IMG/VR virus record: IMGVR_UViG_3300021431_000076
Span: 32,001 to 96,000 of that record
Reading direction: 5' to 3' (one strand)
Length of the DNA: 64,000 bases
From: a virus
Taxonomy: Duplodnaviria; Caudoviricetes
A program made the position numbers and the translations under genes. Each line of letters starts with the position of its first letter. Position 1 is the first letter of the stretch. Below are positions 28,799-39,278 of this stretch, piece after piece. The notes under the pieces were generated by a model, which saw only the letters and a program-made list of their open reading frames with translations, was not told the origin of the DNA and did not search any database.

Positions 28799-31078
28799 AT
28801 GAATGATCCAAATGAAGTAAGATTAGTGGAGAATACTCAAATAGTAAGATATTATCAGAAATCCACTACTAATACATCCTTTGTTGAGATGAGTAACTAT
28901 CTTAAATCTGTTGGTATAAAGAACAATAGATTTATGCTTACATTATTAGATCCAGATCTAGCAAATATAGATCCTCATGATCCTAATCTACCATTAATAT
29001 ATAAACAGAAAGTTCTATGTGAGATATATAATAACTTTTGGTATTATCTAAGAGAAGTTGTAAGAGTTCCTAGTGTTGGTGAACCATCTAAGTTTATTCT
29101 AAATAGAGGTAATATGGCTTTCCTCTATCTAGCTACTATGAACTTCAACTGTTATCTTATGCAGCCTCGTCAGACTGGTAAGACTATTGCAGCTGTTGCA
29201 TTCTATCTATATATCTATAACTTCAGAACTAAGAATACTATTATTCCTCTTCTAAACAAAGAGTTCAAAGATTCTAAAGAAAACTTATCTCGTATTAGAG
29301 CAATGAGAGATTTGTTACCACCATATTTGAGATTCGATTCTGTATTCTCTATTATTAATGGTAAGAAGAAGAAAGTAACCAATACTGCTATCTTGATGAA
29401 ACATGCAGTCAACATGAATGAGCTAAGAACCTATGCTAAAGCAAGAAATGATATGCATGCATCTAACCTATTACGTGGTCAAACATTCCCATTACTCTGG
29501 GCAGACGAGTTTGCATTTATACCATTTATGAAAGTAATCTATGCAGGCATGATCCCTGCTATGTCTAAAGCTACAGAAATAGCTAAGAGAAATAATGTTC
29601 CATATGGAATTCTATATACAACAACACCTGGATTCTTAACTACAGAAGAAGGACAATATGCATATAAGGTTCTGTGTAATGCTAGTAAGTTTAGTGAACA
29701 ATGGTATGATTTACAATATTATCAGATTAGAGATATAGTAACTTCTAATAAACTTTCATCTTTCATTCATATAGAATTTAACTATCAAGAGTTAGGTTAT
29801 TCTGAGGAATGGTTCTATGAGAGATGTAAAGAAGCAGAATGGGATTGGCTTACCATTAGAAGAGAATATCTATTAGAGTGGTCTGATGAAGCAGAGAACT
29901 GTCCATTTACTAAAGAAGAACTAGATATAGTTAAGAAATTCTGTAAGAAACCTAAGAAGACTATATTAATCTTTAATAGATATGAACTTAGAGTATTTGA
30001 AGAAATACCATTGAATACTAACCTAGTTCCTAAGTATCCACCTATAATTGGTGTTGACGTATCTGGTGGTGTATCTAAAGATAGTTCTGCTATTACTATT
30101 ATAGACTCTAAGACTACAAGAGTCTTTGCAGAGTTGAATTGCAATGTTATTTCTCCTATAGACTTAGCTAGAGTAATAGAATTCATAGTACTGAATATGA
30201 TGCCGAATGCTATAGTAAATATCGAATCTAACTCACTTGGTTTATCCGTGATTGCCAAACTTAAAGAAACCAAAGTAAAGAGAAACCTTTATTACGAGAT
30301 AAAAGAAAAGGTGTTAGAAGAATCTACTATAGATGGTAAGATATACAGATCTAAGAAGATAGTTAAGTGCTATGGATTAAACAACAACAAAGATACTCGT
30401 GAAGAACTCATAGATCTACTAAGACAGAGAATGAATCTCCATAAAGATAAGTTTATCTCTGAAACTCTATATAGAGAACTTAGAGGATTAGAAGTAAAGA
30501 AGAATGGTAGAGTAGAACATTCTGATTTGGGTCATGATGACCAGATATTCTCTTATCTAATGGCTATCTATGTATGGTATGATGGTAAGAACTTAAGAGA
30601 AAACTTTGGTATAGAAAAAGGAGCTATTAAAACAGAAGAAGATGTAGATGATGTATTAGAAATGGCTACTGCTGCTAAGAATGATATTATCACTAAAGAT
30701 CTAGCAAGAGTAACTAGACTAAATACAGAAGATACAGCTAAACTTGAGCAGCAAATAATGATGATGAAAAAAGCTCAAGGTATAATGTATAGTGACTTTG
30801 TAAAACAGCAAAGAATGATGGAACAACAGAGACTGATGGAAATGCTAAAGCATGATAATATCAAACAAGCATACGCTAATAAGTTTGGTGTAAATGCTGA
30901 AGATATATCTGTTGAAGATAACTATACAAATGGTGTATTACAGAATCTTCCTCCTTCTCTATTCCTAGACTTCAATAAAAATGAAGAAGAATTAGATCAA
31001 ATGAGTATTTATAATAATTTAAACGCTTATGACTATAATGCTAACAATAGCGAATATGATGATAGTAGCTTACAATGA
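28799..31078 (+). CDS. terL: Terminase large subunit
   Basis: Walker A QPRQTGKT; Walker B LWADEFAF; YTTTPG; nuclease motifs IGVDVSGG and HDD; late promoter at 28761. Confidence 0.93.
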   Translation: MNDPNEVRLVENTQIVRYYQKSTTNTSFVEMSNYLKSVGIKNNRFMLTLLDPDLANIDPHDPNLPLIYKQKVLCEIYNNFWYYLREVVRVPSVGEPSKFILNRGNMAFLYLATMNFNCYLMQPRQTGKTIAAVAFYLYIYNFRTKNTIIPLLNKEFKDSKENLSRIRAMRDLLPPYLRFDSVFSIINGKKKKVTNTAILMKHAVNMNELRTYAKARNDMHASNLLRGQTFPLLWADEFAFIPFMKVIYAGMIPAMSKATEIAKRNNVPYGILYTTTPGFLTTEEGQYAYKVLCNASKFSEQWYDLQYYQIRDIVTSNKLSSFIHIEFNYQELGYSEEWFYERCKEAEWDWLTIRREYLLEWSDEAENCPFTKEELDIVKKFCKKPKKTILIFNRYELRVFEEIPLNTNLVPKYPPIIGVDVSGGVSKDSSAITIIDSKTTRVFAELNCNVISPIDLARVIEFIVLNMMPNAIVNIESNSLGLSVIAKLKETKVKRNLYYEIKEKVLEESTIDGKIYRSKKIVKCYGLNNNKDTREELIDLLRQRMNLHKDKFISETLYRELRGLEVKKNGRVEHSDLGHDDQIFSYLMAIYVWYDGKNLRENFGIEKGAIKTEEDVDDVLEMATAAKNDIITKDLARVTRLNTEDTAKLEQQIMMMKKAQGIMYSDFVKQQRMMEQQRLMEMLKHDNIKQAYANKFGVNAEDISVEDNYTNGVLQNLPPSLFLDFNKNEEELDQMSIYNNLNAYDYNANNSEYDDSSLQ

Positions 31079-31155
31079 ATAAGTATTCCTGTATGGACAC
31101 ATCCATACAGGAAACTTTATTTTAGAAATATACTATATAAGTGGAGGTGAATTAG

Positions 31156-31398
31156 TTGGAAGTAGCTGTTTATGATATGAACCAGATGCCAAAATATACA
31201 TACTTAAATCTGGTTCCAGGGGAGGAGAAAGATAAACTAAGGTGTTTAAAGGCAATGAAGAGAATCTCAAAATCTAATTTCTATTATTGCAATACAAATA
31301 CACCTGAAAATATCTTAAAGATCCAACCAGTAATGAAAGGAGAGAAGTATATATTAGAAATGCAACTAACACTAAACAAAGAATCTTTTGTAATGTAG
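31156..31398 (+). CDS. Small early hypothetical protein
   Basis: TTG start with GGAGGTG; early promoter at 31129. Confidence 0.6.
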   Translation: MEVAVYDMNQMPKYTYLNLVPGEEKDKLRCLKAMKRISKSNFYYCNTNTPENILKIQPVMKGEKYILEMQLTLNKESFVM

Positions 31399-31410
31399 AG
31401 GGATAATATA

Positions 31411-32196
31411 ATGAATCAAGAACAACGTCAAAGAAACAAAGTCACTGCTTTAAATCATGTAAAGAAAATGGAGGAATTGTATAGATACCACATAGCTCAT
31501 AGTATACAATATTCTAAAGTCTATGCTGAAAGTCATCAGTTTAATACTGAAATAGGAAAAACTAAAGATCAAGTAAAAACAGAACACATACTTGCTAAGT
31601 TAGATTCAGTATCAGCTGTAAAGAAATTTGCAGAAGAAGGGAAAATTTGTGTACTGAACTTCGCATCATATAAACATCCAGGAGGTGGATTTATTACAGG
31701 AGCAATAGCACAGGAAGAATGCTTGTGCCATGAATCAACATTGTACAATGTTATCTCTAGTAATCCGTTTAAACCATTCTATCAGTATAATAATGATCAT
31801 CTTAACCATGGTCATTATAAGAATAGAGCAATCTATTCTCCAGATATATTATTTGTAGACCATAATGAAAAGGCAGTTTGTGCTGCTGATGTATTAACAT
31901 GTGCTGCACCAAACTATTGTTATCACATTAGACAGAGAGTGTCTCTTAAATCAAATCTTCAAGCCCTTCAATCTAGAATAGAATTCATTAAGAAAATATT
32001 AATAAGTAATGGTATTACTATTGCTATTCTTGGAGCATATGGTTGTGGAGTATTTGGTCAAGATGCTTGTACTGTAGCAAAGATGTTTTTGGATACTTTT
32101 AAAGCAGATAATGGATCTATTCACAAAATAGTCTATGCTATTCCAGGTGGTCCAAACTATGCTGCATTTAACAATGTATTTAAATACGGTAGATAA
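31411..32196 (+). CDS. Macrodomain poly(ADP-ribose) glycohydrolase-like protein (TIGR02452/DUF2263 family)
   Basis: VLNFASYKHPGGGF..GAIAQEECLC (PARG GGG-X-QEE signature) and ILGAYGCGVF. Confidence 0.9.
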   Translation: MNQEQRQRNKVTALNHVKKMEELYRYHIAHSIQYSKVYAESHQFNTEIGKTKDQVKTEHILAKLDSVSAVKKFAEEGKICVLNFASYKHPGGGFITGAIAQEECLCHESTLYNVISSNPFKPFYQYNNDHLNHGHYKNRAIYSPDILFVDHNEKAVCAADVLTCAAPNYCYHIRQRVSLKSNLQALQSRIEFIKKILISNGITIAILGAYGCGVFGQDACTVAKMFLDTFKADNGSIHKIVYAIPGGPNYAAFNNVFKYGR

Positions 32197-32279
32197 TTAA
32201 ATGTCTTTAGACAAGAATGTAGGAAGGGGTTATAATACCCCTTCTGCATTTTAATATTTTTTATAAGGAGAGATTGTGT

Positions 32280-33071
32280 ATGCTAGACTTTTTAATGAAT
32301 GACAAAGAATATGAAATCCAGGCTAATGGACAAGTTGCTACTATCTTATCACAGTTTAATTCAGATTATGTAATGGATGTAGTACGGAATACTTTATCAG
32401 AACAATTTAATCATTTTGATACAGTTCCTAAACCAAATATTGCTGAATCATTTGAAACTTATTTTAAAGAGCTTCTAAGAACTTATCCTACAGATGAAAC
32501 AAATATTCTAGAAACTCGTCATCAGACATATACTGATATTAGAGATATCATTTGTAGACAGTTTGCTTTAGGATTTGTAAATGAAGATGATGTTGATATG
32601 TATTCTATCACAACTCTTCTTTATGATTTTTTTGTGGCTAAGTTTAATTTTTATATGGTAAATTTCTATTGCAGATATATTGCTGCAGAGAAATCTGCTC
32701 TATTCATGAATATGGGATTAGAGAAAGCTTCTAAAGAAGATAATTCTAGTATGAATTATGCTAGACATGCATTTGGTGATGATGAAGAACTAGCAGCAGT
32801 TATTGCTAATCTTCCTGTTGTATTAGGAGCTCTTAAGAGTATTGAGGTTCCTGATAGATATGTATACCAAACAGCTTATGGCAACAACCAATTATTAATA
32901 GATCTTCTTGATTCCCATATTCAGCCTAATACTTCTATTTTCAATATTTATAACTCTATTTTATTTAATCCTGTTTTGTATCCAATAGTAGTAACTCAAA
33001 TCAGAATAAAGATTCAGATGCAAAATACCAATATAGATCCTACTCAAATTAAAGGAGCCTTTGGAAAATGA
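32280..33071 (+). CDS. Hypothetical late protein, possibly virion
   Basis: Late promoter at 32210; AAGGAG RBS; ATG at 32280 preferred to TTG at 32274. Confidence 0.55.
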   Translation: MLDFLMNDKEYEIQANGQVATILSQFNSDYVMDVVRNTLSEQFNHFDTVPKPNIAESFETYFKELLRTYPTDETNILETRHQTYTDIRDIICRQFALGFVNEDDVDMYSITTLLYDFFVAKFNFYMVNFYCRYIAAEKSALFMNMGLEKASKEDNSSMNYARHAFGDDEELAAVIANLPVVLGALKSIEVPDRYVYQTAYGNNQLLIDLLDSHIQPNTSIFNIYNSILFNPVLYPIVVTQIRIKIQMQNTNIDPTQIKGAFGK

Positions 33072-33277
33072 TCACGGTTTTTTGGTTTATAGTATTCATA
33101 ATCGTTGCTGTTATTGTATTTAATATGATGCTTGAATCGTATAGATTTAATAATGGTATTTGTCGTAAATGTGGTAATAAACTCACACCAAGAACAGGTT
33201 TAGTTAATGGACAAATAATTTATGAATGTGAAAAGTGCCATAATATAGTTACAATTAGTGGTGGTAGAAAGGTATAG
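33068..33277 (+). CDS. Small membrane-anchored zinc-ribbon protein
   Basis: N-terminal TM helix; CRKC...CEKC. Confidence 0.7.
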   Translation: MITVFWFIVFIIVAVIVFNMMLESYRFNNGICRKCGNKLTPRTGLVNGQIIYECEKCHNIVTISGGRKV

Positions 33278-33286
33278 GTGATTAAA

Positions 33287-33388
33287 ATGTTAGAACCGAT
33301 CTTGATTTGCTTAGCATATTTTTTAATTCCATCTGATATAGCAAAAGCAATGATCTTTTTATATTTAGTATACAAATTATATGCATAA
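33287..33388 (+). CDS. 33-aa hydrophobic peptide (not in the ORF track)
   Basis: MLEPILICLAYFLIPSDIAKAMIFLYLVYKLYA; AGGTG RBS; fills the gap between genes. Confidence 0.55.
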   Translation: MLEPILICLAYFLIPSDIAKAMIFLYLVYKLYA

Positions 33389-33405
33389 TTAGGGGATGAA
33401 TTAAG

Positions 33406-34125
33406 ATGAAAGAACTGGAATTAGATAAACCACAGCAGAATATGTTTTATAAGGCTATTAATCCTGAATATGGGAAACTTTTTCAAGATGTATTCGATGC
33501 TGGATTAGATGATAGAGATAGATTGATGTTGGAGATATATGAGAAGTCTAAGGATGATGAATCCTTAGACGAGAAGAAAAAGAAAATTATTGCTGGCTGT
33601 TATTTAGCTCATATCAATGCTGTATGTGATGGATGTTTCTGTGGTCCTCTTATGTTTTTCTATGATAAGAAACAACCTAACTTAAAGAAATTTTATGGTG
33701 AAAAAAGACTAGTAAGATGTGTAGACGATTTATATACAATAGTAAAGAGATCTGGATTTGATTGTAGACCAGAATTAATGCCAGAACTTACTAAATCTCT
33801 TCTGGCATCTTATGGTTATTCTACTAAAGTACCATTCATAGAAGATAAAGATGCTATACTAATGATTCTCTTATCTAGATTTGCTAGAGCTATATCTCCA
33901 ACTGATTATAAAAATATATGGTTTGTGGTAGATATGATTAAGAATATATCTCTTAATGCATATGCTACCCCAGATTATCTTAGAAACAATATGAAAATTC
34001 ATGACCAAAGAATGAATCTAGCTAAATTTATTATTACAATCTATAATACTTATTTCAAAGATAAACCTCTTGTTCCTGATGTAGATAAAGCAGAAACTCC
34101 TGAATCTGCTGAGAGAGAAATCTAA
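33406..34125 (+). CDS. Hypothetical protein
   Basis: 239-aa ORF with AGGGG RBS. Confidence 0.6.
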   Translation: MKELELDKPQQNMFYKAINPEYGKLFQDVFDAGLDDRDRLMLEIYEKSKDDESLDEKKKKIIAGCYLAHINAVCDGCFCGPLMFFYDKKQPNLKKFYGEKRLVRCVDDLYTIVKRSGFDCRPELMPELTKSLLASYGYSTKVPFIEDKDAILMILLSRFARAISPTDYKNIWFVVDMIKNISLNAYATPDYLRNNMKIHDQRMNLAKFIITIYNTYFKDKPLVPDVDKAETPESAEREI

Positions 34126-34163
34126 CACATCAAGGTAAAGATTTTTATAAGGAGGTTTAAAGA

Positions 34164-35636
34164 ATGGGAAATAGTTGTCATTGCCCTTGCCCTCCAGGAT
34201 ATACTCATATATTAGAGCATATGGAGTTTGGTAATTGCATTCCTAATCATATATTCGATCCCAATCCACCACAATATTATGGTAGTGGATGGGTTTTTAA
34301 TCCACCAGAATTTCATACCTTGTATAACCAGATTTCTAACTGCCAACCTGGTATGACATCTGGTTTATATAATCCTAATGGTCCTCTTAAGATCTGTCCT
34401 GCTAAATGTGCTGCTACAATGCTTACTGGTGTTTCTACACAAACTAAGATTGTTCTCTCTCTTACTTTTACTTATACTAATGATAAATTCAATAAGACTG
34501 TAGATATAGAACAAGGAAAAGTATATACATTTACTTATCTTGAGAACGGCACTATTAAGAAATGTACTGGTCTTGTTAATAATATCTACAAAGTAAACTC
34601 TATTGAAGAGGATGCCAATATCTACAAGATCAAGATAGATTGTTCTGCTAACTATGCTAATAGTGTAGTAGTGATAAAATCTGATCAAGTAAGAGATGTT
34701 ATTCTGTATCAAGAATATGCTGAAGAAGATATGACTATTGAATCTTCTTTACATAGAAATGGTACAACAGCCGCAGCAGTTATTAAAGATGCTGTAATCA
34801 AAGATGCTTCTATTGATACTGCTGGCAATATTCTTAAAGGTACTATTGTAGCTGGTACTATTACTAATGGTACAACTGTAGATGGTGTAGCTGAAGGCAT
34901 GAATGATCAAAACCATAAAGTCTATGTTATCAATTCTATGACTACTGGTGGTATCATTCAAGATGGATTCATTCTCTATGGCATGCTAAGATCTGGAGAT
35001 GTAGATGGCCAGAAAGATGATAATACTGGTATTATAGAAAATGCTACTATTAATGGTATGATTGCTAATGCTCTTATCATCAATTCTGAAGTATTTGGTG
35101 GTAAGACAGAGAATGGTGAATATATCAATCCAGTTATAGAAGATTCTATTGTAGAAGATGCTCTTATAACAGGAACAGATATGGTTACTACTGGTGGAAT
35201 TACTATTGGTAATATTACCACTGGTGGTGTAACTGTTGGTGGCACTGCTCAAGGTGGATATGCTAGTGGTTTAAAGAATGGTATTATATATCATATAGAT
35301 GGTGGACAAACTGTTCCTATTACAGGAAAACAACTTAGAACTACTGGTGGTGTATTAACTGGTGGTACTCTTATGGGTGGTCAGAAAGTAGGTAATATGA
35401 CTATTGGTGGAGTTATCACTGGTGGTACTTTAACAGGAGGTAAAACTACTGGTGGTGTTACTAGTGGTGGAACCTTCTCTACTGAACCTGCTACAGAAAT
35501 AGCTTTACAGAATTTAAAAGTTGAACAAGTAAGTAAGTCTGGATCGACTGCTGTTACATCTGTTCCTAAGAAGGCTAATATTCAACCACCTCCGCCAATA
35601 ACAGATACAGCTCAGATTGGTTTGCAGATGAATTAA
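34164..35636 (+). CDS. Late Gly/Thr-rich repeat protein (beta-solenoid/fibre-like) with a Cys/Pro-rich N-terminus
   Basis: Repeated TTGG/ITGG/LTGG units; late promoter at 34126. Confidence 0.55.
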   Translation: MGNSCHCPCPPGYTHILEHMEFGNCIPNHIFDPNPPQYYGSGWVFNPPEFHTLYNQISNCQPGMTSGLYNPNGPLKICPAKCAATMLTGVSTQTKIVLSLTFTYTNDKFNKTVDIEQGKVYTFTYLENGTIKKCTGLVNNIYKVNSIEEDANIYKIKIDCSANYANSVVVIKSDQVRDVILYQEYAEEDMTIESSLHRNGTTAAAVIKDAVIKDASIDTAGNILKGTIVAGTITNGTTVDGVAEGMNDQNHKVYVINSMTTGGIIQDGFILYGMLRSGDVDGQKDDNTGIIENATINGMIANALIINSEVFGGKTENGEYINPVIEDSIVEDALITGTDMVTTGGITIGNITTGGVTVGGTAQGGYASGLKNGIIYHIDGGQTVPITGKQLRTTGGVLTGGTLMGGQKVGNMTIGGVITGGTLTGGKTTGGVTSGGTFSTEPATEIALQNLKVEQVSKSGSTAVTSVPKKANIQPPPPITDTAQIGLQMN

Positions 35637-35669
35637 TATAAATTTAAAATATGAAAGGATGAATTCCTA

Positions 35670-36257
35670 ATGACTAAAGCGCAATATCTTGCTGCTATGG
35701 CAAAATTTAAAACTAAACAGGACGCTTTTAATGCTGATACCTATGTGGCTAAAGTAGCTGGTAAACAGCTCTCCACAGAAGACTATACTACTGCAGAACA
35801 GACAAAACTTGCTGGCATTGATGCTGGTGCAGAAGAAAACGTAATCGAAAGTATTACTGTAAATAATGGTCAGCCACTGACTGTTACTGGCAAGAGTGTT
35901 AATATTGACCTTTCTGATTATGCTAAGACTTCCGAAATTGGTTCAGTCTATAAGTATAAAGGTTCTGTAAGCACTTATGCTCTGCTTCCATCTACTGATC
36001 TTGCTGTTGGTGATACATACAATGTTGAAACTGCTGATCCTACAAATGGTATCAAAGCTGGTGACAATGTTGCATGGACTGGTACAGCATGGGATGTACT
36101 TGCTGGTACAGTTGATCTGTCTGGTTATGTTGCGAAAGAAAATGGTAAGGGTCTTTCTGAAATCAATGTAACTCAGACAATGGTAGATAGTTGGAATGCT
36201 GCAGCTACTGGTGAAGATGTAACTCAGACCGAAATCAATGCACTTTTTGGTGAATAA
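35670..36257 (+). CDS. Head/tail fibre-like structural protein
   Basis: GKQLSTEDYTTAEQTKLAGI, YKYKGSV...LP, GDNVAWTGTAWDVLAG and DLSGY motifs typical of phage fibres. Confidence 0.7.
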   Translation: MTKAQYLAAMAKFKTKQDAFNADTYVAKVAGKQLSTEDYTTAEQTKLAGIDAGAEENVIESITVNNGQPLTVTGKSVNIDLSDYAKTSEIGSVYKYKGSVSTYALLPSTDLAVGDTYNVETADPTNGIKAGDNVAWTGTAWDVLAGTVDLSGYVAKENGKGLSEINVTQTMVDSWNAAATGEDVTQTEINALFGE

Positions 36258-36326
36258 TTGAGTTTGCTGAAATAATTAAAATCTCTAGAAGCTCATGCTA
36301 GCTTCTAGGGGTTTTATTTAGGAGGT

Positions 36327-36752
36327 ATGATCATGCCTGAACAACAAACTACAGTATATAAAAGATGGCCAAAGGCTATATGGGAATTATTTTGCCAAGA
36401 GTTTGCATCTTTCTTTTCAATGGCAGTATGTAATCTAGTTCTTATAGATGGTGTACAGATAGATAGCTTAGACCATGTATGCCATTTTGGTGTATGTAAT
36501 ACTGAAGCTAATATTGCGGCTAAGACTGTTTCTATTCCTCAGTTCAACCTAGTCACTGGTGCTAGAGTTACTGTTAAATTCTCTAATACTAATACAGAAT
36601 CTAATCCAACACTAAATGTTAGTAATACTGGTGCTAGACCAATTATTTATAAAGGATCTTCTATTGCTGCAGGAGTATTATCTGCAGGTATAGTTTTGGA
36701 TTTTGTATTTGACGGTACAAATTATTTGGTGATTGGAAATCTTAATATTTAA
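36327..36752 (+). CDS. Tail-fibre-associated domain protein
   Basis: C.T.A..AAKTV...F.L.TGARVTVKF...NT..NPTLNV..TGA motif, common in tail-fibre proteins of Bacillota phages. Confidence 0.7.
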   Translation: MIMPEQQTTVYKRWPKAIWELFCQEFASFFSMAVCNLVLIDGVQIDSLDHVCHFGVCNTEANIAAKTVSIPQFNLVTGARVTVKFSNTNTESNPTLNVSNTGARPIIYKGSSIAAGVLSAGIVLDFVFDGTNYLVIGNLNI

Positions 36753-36768
36753 TTATGTGAGAGTGAAT

Positions 36769-36897
36769 ATGATGAAATATAAACCCTTAATCATATGGGG
36801 GGGGGGTAATAATTATCAATCTCTTCCATCTATATGGATAAATATATCATCTGTTCTAAATAATGATTGGAGTTATTATCCTCCAATTATTGTTTAG
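36769..36897 (+). CDS. 42-codon ORF containing a G10 homopolymer, in frame with the downstream gene
   Basis: MMKYKPLIIWGGGNNYQSLPSIWINISSVLNNDWSYYPPIIV then TAG; G10 at 36797-36806. Confidence 0.4.
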   Translation: MMKYKPLIIWGGGNNYQSLPSIWINISSVLNNDWSYYPPIIV

Positions 36898-36912
36898 GAA
36901 GGTGATGCTAAA

Positions 36913-37524
36913 ATGGTAGAGTTAGAAAAATTTACATTTGATGATCAAACATTAAATGGAACTCATTCAACAGGAACATTAAGTGTAACGGGTGGAACCT
37001 CTATATTTGCACAAACCTCATATACAAATACAGGCTATTGTTTGAGTACAGGTGAAAATAATGCATATAGATTTAATCCTTATTCTCTTTTAAAATCTGA
37101 TGGTGAATATTTATTAGAGTTTTATATATATTTTGTTAATAGTGGTAGAAGTGGAAGCCATGCATTTGATCTAAGATTAGGAGATTCTTCTAGTTATGTT
37201 TCTAATGTTTTTGGCTTCCAATATATAGATAATACTACTGGGCGTTTATGGGTTAATCATAAGTGGCTTGCTGAGAATAATGTTACTTTTGATACTAAAA
37301 CTTGGTATAAAGTAAGCATAAAATTTAGCAGTGATGGAGCAAATATGAATTTTATGGATAAAAATTATACTATTACAACTTATGAAAATCCGATAGATAT
37401 AGCAGGAAATTATGCAGAACTGTATATTGGTAGTAATTATAATTATATCTATATAGATGATCTTGCTTTATATGAAATTGTACCTCCATCCAATATATTT
37501 ATTAATATAAAGATTGATGAATAA
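36913..37524 (+). CDS. Concanavalin/LamG-like beta-sandwich protein, putative receptor-binding
   Basis: Aromatic beta-rich sequence with LEFYIY, TWYKVSI, LYIG and IYIDDLALY motifs; in the fibre module. Confidence 0.55.
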   Translation: MVELEKFTFDDQTLNGTHSTGTLSVTGGTSIFAQTSYTNTGYCLSTGENNAYRFNPYSLLKSDGEYLLEFYIYFVNSGRSGSHAFDLRLGDSSSYVSNVFGFQYIDNTTGRLWVNHKWLAENNVTFDTKTWYKVSIKFSSDGANMNFMDKNYTITTYENPIDIAGNYAELYIGSNYNYIYIDDLALYEIVPPSNIFINIKIDE

Positions 37525-37610
37525 AATACTTCCTCTAGGTTATACCTAGAGGATAATTCTTTGTCTATAGTACAGCTAGATAAGATGATTATATTATAGG
37601 GGGTATTGTC

Positions 37611-38381
37611 ATGGTATTAAGTACATTTAAAGAGTTTAGTGAATTCTTAGAACAAGTAAAGATTAATGTAGATGATTATATGTTGGATGATTCTCCACAA
37701 TTAGATTATCCAAAACAGGCAGGTAGAATGTGGTATGAGAATACTAATCTATGGTCAGTTGTATTTTCTGATGGTCATTTAAAACCAGCACAGAAATATT
37801 TAGAGAAGAAATACTTTGATAAAGCAGCTGATACAAGATTATTTACTGAGTGTTTTATTCCATTATATGAAATGGGTAAGATGAAGAAGAAGTATGTTAT
37901 GGATTACTTTTATAAAGCAGATCATAGAAAGTTAGATATGGAATCTATTCTATTTCAATCTATAGGAGAAAAAAGAGGTTTGTTTAGAGAACTTCTTACA
38001 TTCTATCAGAAAAATCATATTAAACTAGAAAGATCAGATTGCTATGGTAATTTAGAAAATGGATCTGGTTTGATTACAGCAATATCAAAAGGATCTAAGA
38101 GAATAACCAACTTATTACTATCTAATGGTGCTGATCCTAATATGAGAGAAGGATTGCCATTACTTATTGCAGTTAAGAATGGTTATTATACTATCGCTCT
38201 AGATTTATTAAAGCATGGTGCTAATATCCACGATAGAAATGATCTCATATATAGAACCTTTTTAAAGAATGAAGATAAGAGATGGTGCCCAGCAGGGGAG
38301 GAACAATCTCATAATACTTTATTATTGGCATTTAAGAATGCAGAATGCAAATCAGGAAGGGAGAAAGTAAACAATGGCTGA
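37611..38381 (+). CDS. Ankyrin-repeat protein
   Basis: LLLSNGADPN and GLPLLIAVKNGYYTIALDLLKHGANIH. Confidence 0.8.
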   Translation: MVLSTFKEFSEFLEQVKINVDDYMLDDSPQLDYPKQAGRMWYENTNLWSVVFSDGHLKPAQKYLEKKYFDKAADTRLFTECFIPLYEMGKMKKKYVMDYFYKADHRKLDMESILFQSIGEKRGLFRELLTFYQKNHIKLERSDCYGNLENGSGLITAISKGSKRITNLLLSNGADPNMREGLPLLIAVKNGYYTIALDLLKHGANIHDRNDLIYRTFLKNEDKRWCPAGEEQSHNTLLLAFKNAECKSGREKVNNG

Positions 38382-39123
38382 TAATGGCTTACCTTCTTTT
38401 ATTAGACAAGAGAAAGACTCTCTTGTCTTTAATGGTAAAGGTCAAGAGATGCTTGCCTATATACCAGAGAAGTTCTTTGAAAGAAATATAGCAGAAGTAG
38501 AAGGAAATGTAGTTAATCTTTTAGGTATATTTCCCTATACAGTTCAGGATAAGAAGACTGGTAAAAATATAGGATTAAAGAACTTTAGATATCCTACTCC
38601 TATATATACAGAACCATACAGAATAGACAAAGTTAAACAGATTACTCTTACCAAGAATTCTATGCCTGAAGATTTTAGAATATTTAGATATCAAGATGGA
38701 GATGCTGTAGTATCTAATGTTCAGACAGTACAGTTTGTTGGTAATGTAGAAAAAGTAATCAATATGTTTTATATCCTAGGCTATATTCCTAATACAATCA
38801 AATATACTGATCTGGTAGACTATATCTTTGAGACTATGCATATCAATGGTAATGATTGTGAATTGAATGCTCAGATTGTTGGTATTACTATATCTGAAGT
38901 ATGTAGAGGAATAAATGATATATCCAAACCATATAGATTAACTAAGACTACAGATGAGAATGCATATAGATCTATATCTATTAAAGAAGTATCTAAATTT
39001 ACTTCTGCTTATACTGCATTGATCTCTGAAGACTTTGATGAATCCTTAATGTATGCATTAATGAATAATGATCCTAAAGAAACTCCATTGGAAAGAGTTC
39101 TTGTTGGTACTGATAATACTTAA
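38374..39123 (+). CDS. Probable C-terminal beta'-like fragment of the virion RNA polymerase
   Basis: C-terminus (ITISEVCR...SIKEVSKFTSAYTALISEDFDESL...PLERVL) resembles the beta' C-terminal clamp region and the end of 47638..49914; in a late operon. Confidence 0.45.
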   Translation: MADNGLPSFIRQEKDSLVFNGKGQEMLAYIPEKFFERNIAEVEGNVVNLLGIFPYTVQDKKTGKNIGLKNFRYPTPIYTEPYRIDKVKQITLTKNSMPEDFRIFRYQDGDAVVSNVQTVQFVGNVEKVINMFYILGYIPNTIKYTDLVDYIFETMHINGNDCELNAQIVGITISEVCRGINDISKPYRLTKTTDENAYRSISIKEVSKFTSAYTALISEDFDESLMYALMNNDPKETPLERVLVGTDNT

Positions 39124-39278
39124 ATAATAGGTTCTGGCCACTTTCCTTCTTGAACATCATTATAATCGAGAGCTTTTGCAATAAGCTCCAATTATAATAA
39201 TAACTAAAGATATTACTATAATAATTCTTTTTCTTCTTATAGTGTTATAGTAAATTCTTACAAAAGGAGGAAAAATCA

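Noticed and set aside
36895-36897. Genome-wide TAG recoding suggested by the in-frame amber before 36913
   Set aside because: Core genes are full length in the standard code and TAG ends ordinary genes (e.g. primase); at most local readthrough.
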